A stretch of 64,000 nt of DNA from a virus: the IMG/VR virus record IMGVR_UViG_3300025769_000068; one strand, written 5' to 3'. The notes under the pieces are model-generated. The model searched no databases. It was not told where the DNA came from and saw only the letters and a program-made list of their open reading frames with translations. This document shows positions 16,967 through 24,532 of this stretch, piece by piece. Both the position numbers and the translations under genes were made by a program. How positions within the stretch are numbered: position 1 is the stretch's first letter; each line of letters opens with the position of its first letter.

Positions 16967-17034
16967 TTTTTTCGCTGACTTTCGCTGACACTGACTCCCT
17001 CATATCCCTCTATCCTTTAGGATAGGGTAGTACA
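16967..17034 (-). repeat. repeat family A, copy 5 (internal TTCGCTGAC duplication)
   Basis: ttttttcgctgactttcgctgacactgactccctcatatccctctatcctttaggatagggtagtaca. Confidence 0.78.
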
Positions 17035-17123
17035 TACGTACACTATCCTCCAGATTGTCCATTCTGCCCAGACCTCCTACCCTACCTCGATGGGCGGGGT
17101 TTGCGTAGGACACCCCGCTTGCC

Positions 17124-17567
17124 CTACCTCGTCATCTGGAGTATCTTGTGTGCCTTGCCTTTTGTTGTCATTTTGCCTAGTCGGTTGCTAATTACCCAAC
17201 CTTTCACGCCTGCCTGCCTCCACTGTTTTACCTGTGTTGCCAGATCGTCAATTTCTGCCTGCCTTGCGTCATTTACCATAACTAGGAAATCTTGCCTAGA
17301 TTGCATAACTTCACTGTAATCACCAAACCCCTCCACAGGGGGGCGTACTGGCAATTCTCCGACATTTGTTTCACCCTTGCGAATGTTGCAAGTATGGCAC
17401 AGCGTTTGCATGTTGCACAGGATAGACTTACCACCTTTCGACTCTGGCACAATGTGGTCGCATTCGAGACTATCAACATCACCGATACCACAAGCACGGC
17501 ATCGGTTGTTGTCACGGTCGAGAATTAGTTTTCTGAATTTTGCATTGTTATGTTTTTTGATTCGCAT
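17124..17567 (-). CDS. HNH endonuclease
   Basis: ILDRDNNRCRACG, LECDHIVPESKGG, NMQTLCHTCNIRKG. Confidence 0.9.
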   Translation of the reverse strand: MRIKKHNNAKFRKLILDRDNNRCRACGIGDVDSLECDHIVPESKGGKSILCNMQTLCHTCNIRKGETNVGELPVRPPVEGFGDYSEVMQSRQDFLVMVNDARQAEIDDLATQVKQWRQAGVKGWVISNRLGKMTTKGKAHKILQMTR

Positions 17568-17632
17568 CTTTGTATCCTAGTGGGTGAATACCTAAGTCTA
17601 ATATATATAATCGACCGCTGCAAGCGAAATCT

Positions 17633-17812
17633 TTATTTAACTATTTTATAATCTTGCATTTTTTCAACGTACATTGCACGGTATCCTTCTTGCGTGTTTA
17701 CTGTCACAAGTGTTTTACCGTTTACAATTTTCATCTGTTCTATCATGCCCGTTCGTGGCTTGTTGTTATAGACGCAAGAAATTGTGATACCTTTTTTTGT
17801 CATGTTTACCAT
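17633..17812 (-). CDS. small hypothetical protein
   Basis: ORF between two composite promoters (about 17595-17635 and 17845-17886); start approximate. Confidence 0.55.
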   Translation of the reverse strand: MVNMTKKGITISCVYNNKPRTGMIEQMKIVNGKTLVTVNTQEGYRAMYVEKMQDYKIVK

Positions 17813-17883
17813 TTTAAGAATCCTTTTTAGTGGGTGAAAACCTAAGCGTACCATACATTATCGACCGTTGCAAGGGGTAATCT

Positions 17884-18063
17884 TTAAGCGGCCCCGTAAA
17901 AATCTAATGAGGCTTCAAAGTGTACCGCTTCGGAATCATCATAATCGACACGCTCCTCAATAACTTCGCAATGCTCAAGACAATCAGGGCAGATCTGAGC
18001 ATCCGAGTGAACATAGGAACCGCAGCAATCAGAGTGATAAGTGATTTCAAAATTGTTTGACAT
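17884..18063 (-). CDS. small Cys-rich protein
   Basis: Not in track. MSNNFEITYHSDCCGSYVHSDAQICPDCLEHCEV...; first gene of the leftward arm. Confidence 0.65.
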   Translation of the reverse strand: MSNNFEITYHSDCCGSYVHSDAQICPDCLEHCEVIEERVDYDDSEAVHFEASLDFYGAA

Positions 18064-18099
18064 TTTAAATTCTTTCTATTTGTTGTTTGTTATACTGTC

Positions 18100-18139
18100 A
18101 TTATACATACTATATCGACCAGTGCAAGAATAATCTTTA
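18100..18139 (-). promoter_or_regulatory. composite early promoter (outermost)
   Basis: minus strand TAAAgattattcTTGCACtgGTCGATATagtatgTATAAT. Confidence 0.72.
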
Positions 18140-18400
18140 GTACATACGAATATAGTTTCATGCCATACGGTAACAATATATATAATTCTGCCAATATAAT
18201 ACTGTGCCAAATACACACAAAATAACTCCCCCCACGGGCAGGGGGTTTTATCTTGTAGGTGGACAGGTGTACACCCCCCCAATTGACGGGGGGTGGTTGT
18301 TACGCAATTTTAAATTTAAATGTATATGTACCACCCAATCCTCTCCCGTCGAACCAAACAGCTACAATTAGGTGGTATTATTCTCGTTAATAGTGTATAA
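18140..18400. other. divergent junction with G/C-run hairpins; candidate packaging/terminus region
   Basis: strand switch; CCCCCCC-aattgac-GGGGGG and CCCCC...GGGGG hairpins; no credible ORF. Confidence 0.4.
18393..18400 (+). promoter_or_regulatory. putative late promoter motif GTGTAT(A/T)
   Basis: GTGTATAA before the first rightward gene; recurs at 26482, 28577, 31616 and 60101, ahead of structural genes. Confidence 0.6.
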
Positions 18401-18420
18401 TTCCTAATAGGAGATACAAT

Positions 18421-18588
18421 ATGAATAAATCGAAACAATTAGAATGTCAATTAGATTGTAAGGCTACAGCAGGACTACGTGATGAAATTATAAAAGATTT
18501 GGCTCAAGAAGATCGACCACTAAAGGAATTACTGGATGAGCAAGAATCCGCTGAAAACAAGTTACAAGATAGCGACAGAGAACTTTAG
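18421..18588 (+). CDS. small acidic hypothetical protein (55 aa)
   Basis: Not in track. TAGGAG RBS; MNKSKQLECQLDCKATAGL... Confidence 0.6.
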   Translation: MNKSKQLECQLDCKATAGLRDEIIKDLAQEDRPLKELLDEQESAENKLQDSDREL

Positions 18589-19090
18589 GCCAGTACAAGA
18601 TAGATCGAAAGCGTTAGAATTACTTGGAACTAAAAACTTACCTAAAAATACTACAGGGGATGAGTTCTATACTTTTCTACAGGTATTTGGCAACACAAAC
18701 TCTTTCTACTACATTGCAGAACTAACTTGCGAAATAGAAGAAGATATCGCAGAGATAGGCATAGGCCACCTAGTTACTTCTAATGGTAAAGTTTTATTAG
18801 TCCGCGAGTCTGCATCTGCTGTAATTACTGAAAATTCTATATCTTCTAGTGACGGTAATTTTCTATCTTTTGCTGAAAGAGATCACACTCAAACTTTAAT
18901 TGTTAGAAGTTATAATCCCCCTAATGCAGAAGTAACACTTGAAGAACCCAACTCATTGCTTAAGTCTAATTCTGATGGACCTCCTTCTTCCATAAAGATT
19001 CAAAACAATTCTGTTTTAGTATGTATAAATAATGAACTAGCATCTGTAACCCTAGAGGAATTCGCTGGCTTGCTAAAGAGGTATTTATGA
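18536..19090 (+). CDS. hypothetical protein related to the N-terminal module of ORFs 59027 and 62491
   Basis: F..VFGNTNSFYY...EIGIG.L....L.R resembles FASGVGDGNKTFY...EIGLGTF....L.R. Confidence 0.6.
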   Translation: MSKNPLKTSYKIATENFRPVQDRSKALELLGTKNLPKNTTGDEFYTFLQVFGNTNSFYYIAELTCEIEEDIAEIGIGHLVTSNGKVLLVRESASAVITENSISSSDGNFLSFAERDHTQTLIVRSYNPPNAEVTLEEPNSLLKSNSDGPPSSIKIQNNSVLVCINNELASVTLEEFAGLLKRYL

Positions 19091-19575
19091 ATATACCCAA
19101 GAACATGACCAGAGAAGAGGTACTTGATAAAATTGATCTTGTCGTCAATAGGATATCGCCCAAGTATACATTTCATGGTTATGATCTTGATGATATAAAA
19201 CAGGAAGCCTTTATGATATGTATGGATGCCCTTAATAGATACGACCAAAAACGCCCATTAGAGAACTTTCTTTCTGTTAATCTTTCCAATAGACTGAAAA
19301 ATTTTATACGTGATAATCATTATATCGGACAAGATGAAAAGAAACGTAATGTTCTTTGTCCACAGCAACTAGCTTACGAAGCCTCTATTCCACAAGAAGA
19401 ACTATGTTTAGATGAAAAGGTAGACTTCTCACAAATACAGAATGTTATAAATGAACACTTGCCAGCTGAATATAGGGGTGATTATCTTAAAATGCTTAAT
19501 GATGTTTATGTTTCTAAAAAACGTAGAGAACAAGTCATACAAATTATAAAGGAGTTGATACATGAAAAAGGGTAG
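19087..19575 (+). CDS. phage RNA polymerase sigma factor-like protein (region 2)
   Basis: YDLDDIKQEAFMICMDALNRYD...LENFL...NRLKNFIRD. Confidence 0.7.
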   Translation: MNIPKNMTREEVLDKIDLVVNRISPKYTFHGYDLDDIKQEAFMICMDALNRYDQKRPLENFLSVNLSNRLKNFIRDNHYIGQDEKKRNVLCPQQLAYEASIPQEELCLDEKVDFSQIQNVINEHLPAEYRGDYLKMLNDVYVSKKRREQVIQIIKELIHEKG

Positions 19576-20347
19576 ATTCTCCAAAGAAGAAGAAAGAACT
19601 ATTGGTCGTCTTATTAATAGTATGACACCTGAAGATATTGCTATTCAACTAAATCGTGATACTGAATCTGTTGTAAACTTTATTAAACGTAAATTTAACA
19701 TAGGTACATCTAGAGAAGAGCAAGCAGCTTACTCATTAGAAAATCGCCCCTATTACAAAGAACTTAGACAACAGTTTACAGATGAAGAATTAGAACTATT
19801 TAAATACCACTGGTCCCGCATGGTCTCCCAGTTTAAGAATGACGTACTACCTACAGAAGAGGTACAGATAGTAGATACCATAAAACTTGAATTACTTATG
19901 AATAGATGTTTAAAAGGTAATAAAGAAAACATTGAACAAATTAATACATATGACCATATGATACAAGATGAACGAGCCAGAGACAAAGATCAACAAGACA
20001 TAGACTATATTATTAACTTAGAAAGACAGGTGGCTTCGCTTAGGGCTTCGCAGGAAAGTTTGAATAAGGATTACCGCGAGTTGCAGGCCAAGAAGAGTAC
20101 TATGCTAAAAGAAATGAAGGGTACAAGAGAACAGCGAATTAAACGATTAGAAGACAGTAAACTTAGTTTCACCGCGTGGGTTGGCACTATGATGCAAGAC
20201 CCAGACATAATGAAGAAGTATGGAATAGAGATGGAGAAAATGAAACTAGCTATGGAAAATGAAAAAGCAAGACTTTCTGTTTATCATAAATATGAAGATG
20301 GAACTATTGATCAACCATTCCTTACGCCGGATACTGTAAAGGACTAA
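19562..20347 (+). CDS. HTH/coiled-coil protein (possible terminase small subunit)
   Basis: N-terminal KGRFSKEEE...IAIQLNR helix-turn-helix-like segment; long coiled coil; upstream of terminase. Confidence 0.45.
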   Translation: MKKGRFSKEEERTIGRLINSMTPEDIAIQLNRDTESVVNFIKRKFNIGTSREEQAAYSLENRPYYKELRQQFTDEELELFKYHWSRMVSQFKNDVLPTEEVQIVDTIKLELLMNRCLKGNKENIEQINTYDHMIQDERARDKDQQDIDYIINLERQVASLRASQESLNKDYRELQAKKSTMLKEMKGTREQRIKRLEDSKLSFTAWVGTMMQDPDIMKKYGIEMEKMKLAMENEKARLSVYHKYEDGTIDQPFLTPDTVKD

Positions 20348-20349
20348 TA

Positions 20350-21006
20350 ATGGATTTCACTATATTAGTTGGCTCCTGTGATAAGTACCACTATCTATGG
20401 AATCATTTTAATTATTTATTCCATAAGTACTGGGATAATTCTATAGACGTTAAGAAATATATTATAACACAAGAAACGGATGCCAAGTTATATAAATTTG
20501 AAACTATCAAGGTAAAGAATGGCACTTTTAGTATAGGCGTTAAGAAAGCTATAGATAAAATTAAACCAAAAAACATCTTATGGTTGCAAGATGATTATTT
20601 TCTTAGAAATTATGTATTGCTAGAGGAAATGCAGGCTTATTATGATTTCTTTGTTTCCAACAATGCAGGGCGATTTGGAATACATGACGATAGTGCGTTC
20701 TATGCAAAGCTTCCCGTATACAAAAACATTTACAAGCTTCACCAACAAAGCTTATATACAATATCCTTACAGGCTTCTTTTTGGAATACTGATTTTCTAT
20801 ATAGCTGTTTCGATAAAGATAACGAAGAAGACCCTTGGCAGTTTGAAGTAGAAGGAAGTGAGCGTTTGAATAATAATTGCTTACACAGAATCTTTTTCGC
20901 AATGCAAGAAAAACCGTGGTATTTAGAGGCGTGTCGTAAAGGTAAATTCACAGAAGACTTCTATAATATATGTAAACAGGAGGGCATAAATGCCAACATT
21001 GCTTGA
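20350..21006 (+). CDS. putative GT-A fold glycosyltransferase
   Basis: ILVGSCDKY, ILWLQDDYFL (DxD-like), SLQASFWN, PWQFE. Confidence 0.7.
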   Translation: MDFTILVGSCDKYHYLWNHFNYLFHKYWDNSIDVKKYIITQETDAKLYKFETIKVKNGTFSIGVKKAIDKIKPKNILWLQDDYFLRNYVLLEEMQAYYDFFVSNNAGRFGIHDDSAFYAKLPVYKNIYKLHQQSLYTISLQASFWNTDFLYSCFDKDNEEDPWQFEVEGSERLNNNCLHRIFFAMQEKPWYLEACRKGKFTEDFYNICKQEGINANIA

Positions 21007-21091
21007 TATATTGATGTGCTGGTCTGTTGCTCTAATGGTAGAGCTACCTATAGTATTTCTTTTTATATATATAGCTAGAGATAAAGAATGA
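20990..21091 (+). CDS. 33-aa membrane peptide
   Basis: Not in track. AGGAGG RBS; MPTLLDILMCWSVALMVELPIVFLFIYIARDKE; ATGA overlap with the GT6 gene. Confidence 0.55.
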   Translation: MPTLLDILMCWSVALMVELPIVFLFIYIARDKE

Positions 21092-21852
21092 GAAAAATAG
21101 GAATAGTAGTTATAGCGACGAATGCGTATTTTGCTTTAGGAGTAAAGTTCTTAAAGCAATTTACATTATTTAATCTTGGTCACGACAAGGTAACGTTTTA
21201 TTTTTTCTCAGATACGGACCCAGCGCCCTATTTACCAAATGATCCGCGACTAAATGTTAAATATATATCAGAACATCACAAAGTGTGGACAGACGGAACT
21301 AACTCAAAATTTAAAAATATACTTACTATGGAAGACGAGGATCTTGACTATATTTATTACTTCGATGCAGATACTAGTGTTAGCAGGCCATTTACAACAG
21401 ATTGGTTTATTGGCGATTTAGTAGGGGGCGAACACTTTGGAAACAGAACGTGGATGCGTGATAAGAAAGCATTTGACAGAAATCCAAGATCTAAATCATA
21501 CGTACCATACGATACGCCGCTAGAACAAATGTATTACTACGGGGCGTTTTTTGGTGGAGAAAAAGATAAAGTTTTAAATTTTTGCAGGACGCTAAGAGAG
21601 TGGCAGCTTATAGATAAGGAAATACCATATGAACCGGGAGTTAACGACGAAAGTTATATTAACGCTTACTTTCATTATAATCCTCCTTTTACCGTAAAGA
21701 TAGAGGAGTTTGTTTTTAACGTAAGTGATAAGTCTGGAGTTGGCGAGACTAGAAATCCTCATTTAAGTATAGAAACAATAAAGAAAGATTTATTAGAGAA
21801 TAAAGATAATCGAATAGATATCAAAAATGGAAAGGTCGAAAGGATAATATGA
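21088..21852 (+). CDS. glycosyltransferase family 6 (ABO/alpha-1,3-Gal(NAc) transferase-like)
   Basis: IGIVVIATNAY, YFFSD, YYFDAD, YYYGAFFGG, NDESYINAYF. Confidence 0.85.
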   Translation: MRKIGIVVIATNAYFALGVKFLKQFTLFNLGHDKVTFYFFSDTDPAPYLPNDPRLNVKYISEHHKVWTDGTNSKFKNILTMEDEDLDYIYYFDADTSVSRPFTTDWFIGDLVGGEHFGNRTWMRDKKAFDRNPRSKSYVPYDTPLEQMYYYGAFFGGEKDKVLNFCRTLREWQLIDKEIPYEPGVNDESYINAYFHYNPPFTVKIEEFVFNVSDKSGVGETRNPHLSIETIKKDLLENKDNRIDIKNGKVERII

Positions 21853-22895
21853 AAGCAATAATCACAGGCATTACGGGTCAGGATGGAAGCCATCTTGCAG
21901 ATTTACTCCTTGAAAAGAATTATGAAGTTGTAGGAGTAACTAGGAGGTGCAGTGTAGACACAACAGAGAGAATTAAGCATCTACTTGACTTTGATAAATT
22001 CAATTTAATCGAGGGAGACATTACAGATGTAAGTAGTGTTATAAATATATTCAAAAATAACGAGAATGTAGATGAAGTCTATAATCTAGCGGCACAGTCG
22101 CATGTGGCAAGCTCATTTAATCAACCGTCTTTAACTTGGGATATTACTGGCAAAGGATGCATAAATCTCTTACAGTCTCTAGTAGACCTTGAGATGTTTA
22201 GAGTAAAATTCTATCAAGCTTCTTCCAGTGAAATGTTTGGAAGTTCCTACGACATTGATGAACAAGGAAGGAAATATCAAAATGAACAAACTAAATTTAT
22301 GCCTAACTCACCTTATGCAATATCTAAGTGCGCTGCTCATTACAGCGTTCGTCTTTTTAGGGACGCTTACGACTTACATGCTAGTTCTGGTATTCTTTTT
22401 AATCACGAAGGACCGAGAAGGGGAGAGAATTTTGTTACGCAGAAAATAGTTAGTTGGATTAAAAATTATAAAACTTGGAAAGATAAAGTGTGTGTAGGAT
22501 CAATTTCTTTTAATGACGACTACATATATTGCGACAGAGATATAGGCAATCGTTTTCCAAAGCTACGACTTGGTAATTTAAACGCTTACAGAGATTGGGG
22601 CTATGCTGGAGATTATGTAGAAGCAATGTGGCTGATGCTACAACAAGATTACGCAGATGACTATGTTGTGTGTACAGGAGAAACTCATACTATAGAAGAA
22701 TTCCTAGACATAGCATTTAATTATTCTGGTATAGATGATTGGAGAAATTACGTAGTGGTTGATCCAAAATTCTATAGACCTTCAGAAGTAGATTATTTAA
22801 GAGGAGACTGTTCTAAGGTTAGAGAAGAACTTGGGTGGAAACCAAGGTACGACTTGGAGGGGTTAATTAAACTTATGTTAGATGCCAAACTATAG
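21849..22895 (+). CDS. gmd: GDP-mannose 4,6-dehydratase
   Basis: ITGITGQDGSHL, YNLAAQSHV, YQASSSEMFG, SPYAISK, ILFNHEGPRRGENFVT, LGNL.A.RDWG. Confidence 0.96.
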   Translation: MKAIITGITGQDGSHLADLLLEKNYEVVGVTRRCSVDTTERIKHLLDFDKFNLIEGDITDVSSVINIFKNNENVDEVYNLAAQSHVASSFNQPSLTWDITGKGCINLLQSLVDLEMFRVKFYQASSSEMFGSSYDIDEQGRKYQNEQTKFMPNSPYAISKCAAHYSVRLFRDAYDLHASSGILFNHEGPRRGENFVTQKIVSWIKNYKTWKDKVCVGSISFNDDYIYCDRDIGNRFPKLRLGNLNAYRDWGYAGDYVEAMWLMLQQDYADDYVVCTGETHTIEEFLDIAFNYSGIDDWRNYVVVDPKFYRPSEVDYLRGDCSKVREELGWKPRYDLEGLIKLMLDAKL

Positions 22896-23133
22896 ACTTT
22901 CAATAGATTTATCTGATTTACAAAATGATCTAAAAAACTACGTATTAACTGGCGAATACTCAATGCCTTTTGCTATGTGTTTTATAGAGGCTTCTAATCC
23001 AGATACAGCATGTCACGAAGCTATGAAGAGGTTAATGAAAAAAATTATGAGACAAAAGCCAACTTTAGAAACTAGGATTATATGTAGAAAAATAAGAAAA
23101 CTTATAAGAGTAGATAAGATAGAGCAATTATGA
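22882..23133 (+). CDS. hypothetical protein
   Basis: 83-aa ORF overlapping neighbours in the operon. Confidence 0.6.
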   Translation: MPNYRLSIDLSDLQNDLKNYVLTGEYSMPFAMCFIEASNPDTACHEAMKRLMKKIMRQKPTLETRIICRKIRKLIRVDKIEQL

Positions 23134-23387
23134 AAAGGAACTACAATGACCCAAATTATAAAAAATTTAGAACAGAGGTATTAAAAAGAGATAAATTTAA
23201 ATGCCGTATGCCTAACTGCAAATCGAAAAAAAATTTAAATGTACACCACATACAAACTTGGTCTAATGCTTCTGCGTTAAGATACGAACCATCAAATGGA
23301 ATTACGCTGTGCAAAAAATGTCACCAATCTATAACTGGAAAAGAATCCCACTATCAATTATTTTTTAGAGAAATTATAAATGGCTAA
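23130..23387 (+). CDS. HNH endonuclease
   Basis: VLKRDKFKC...C, LNVHHI, NGITLCKKCH. Confidence 0.9.
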   Translation: MKRNYNDPNYKKFRTEVLKRDKFKCRMPNCKSKKNLNVHHIQTWSNASALRYEPSNGITLCKKCHQSITGKESHYQLFFREIING

Positions 23388-23883
23388 ATATAAACAAGCA
23401 CCAGAATTTACTGTTATAAAAGACACCCGTGAGCAAGACGGGTACTACTTTAGTAAGTTTAACACATGTTCTGGCATGATAGAACATAAACTTGACACTG
23501 GAGACTATTCCATACAAGGATTTGAAGATAAAATATGTATAGAAAGAAAAGGATGTGTAGAAGAACTTGCAATAAACCTTGGTTCTAAGAAACATGCTTT
23601 CATGAACGAAATAGAAAGGATGAAAGATTTTCCTCACAAATACTTAGTTTTGGAATTTTCTTTAGAAGACTTGCTTAAGTTTCCAAAAGAAACTAGAATA
23701 CCAATAAAGAATAAAGCGTCTGTAAAAATTACTGGTAGATACATGTTAAAATGTTTAGTTGAATTTGAATTGTATAACGATGTACACGTTTTGTTTTGTG
23801 GTAATAAGCATACTGCTTTTTTAGCTGTAAGTAGTATATTTAAAAGGATTAACGAGATGTATACAATTGGAAGGAAATCGTAA
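23380..23883 (+). CDS. ERCC4-domain nuclease
   Basis: IKDTREQ, LDTGDYS, ICIERK, F.NEIERM. Confidence 0.85.
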   Translation: MAKYKQAPEFTVIKDTREQDGYYFSKFNTCSGMIEHKLDTGDYSIQGFEDKICIERKGCVEELAINLGSKKHAFMNEIERMKDFPHKYLVLEFSLEDLLKFPKETRIPIKNKASVKITGRYMLKCLVEFELYNDVHVLFCGNKHTAFLAVSSIFKRINEMYTIGRKS

Positions 23884-23884
23884 T

Positions 23885-24532
23885 ATGATACACGACAAAG
23901 ATATACTATACGATTTACATAACTATAATGCGAATATAGATAGCAGAGAAATATTTCTACATAATCATTATGGTTCTAACGACGAAGATAATCCGGGTGT
24001 AGAATACAAGATGTCTAACACATTCTTAAAAAACTTAAGAGCATTAGAATTAAAATCATCTAATCCAATTATTATACACATGCAAAGCGTTGGAGGAGAA
24101 TGGTCTGATGGTATGGCTATATATGATGCTATATCTATGTGTAGATGCCACGTAACAATTATAGCTTACGGACAAGCAGAATCTATGAGTAGTATTATTT
24201 TTCAATCTGCCGATTCTAGACTTATTACACCAAACACATATTTTATGGCTCACTACGGTTCTACGGGTGCTAATGGTGAATATTTAAATGTGCAAAACTG
24301 GGTAAAGTATGAAAAACACATATGCGATATTATGATGGACATATACTCCAACTCTTGCGTTGATGGTAAATTCTTCAAAGATAAGTATGGCTCTAAGCCA
24401 GAAGTTGACAAGGTTAAAAATTTTCTGTATCGTAAATTAAAATCTGGCGATTGGTATATCACAGCAGATGAAGCTGTTTATTATGGTTTCGCAGACGAGG
24501 TAATTAATACATGGCAAAAACTGAAAAGCTAA
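23885..24532 (+). CDS. clpP: ClpP-like serine protease
   Basis: SVGG...GMAIYD, G.AESMSSII, FMAH, DWYITADEAVYYGFAD. Confidence 0.85.
   Translation: MIHDKDILYDLHNYNANIDSREIFLHNHYGSNDEDNPGVEYKMSNTFLKNLRALELKSSNPIIIHMQSVGGEWSDGMAIYDAISMCRCHVTIIAYGQAESMSSIIFQSADSRLITPNTYFMAHYGSTGANGEYLNVQNWVKYEKHICDIMMDIYSNSCVDGKFFKDKYGSKPEVDKVKNFLYRKLKSGDWYITADEAVYYGFADEVINTWQKLKS

Noticed and set aside
8098-17034. Repeat families A and B as a CRISPR array
   Set aside because: Copies are degenerate, irregularly spaced and separated by whole genes; no cas genes.
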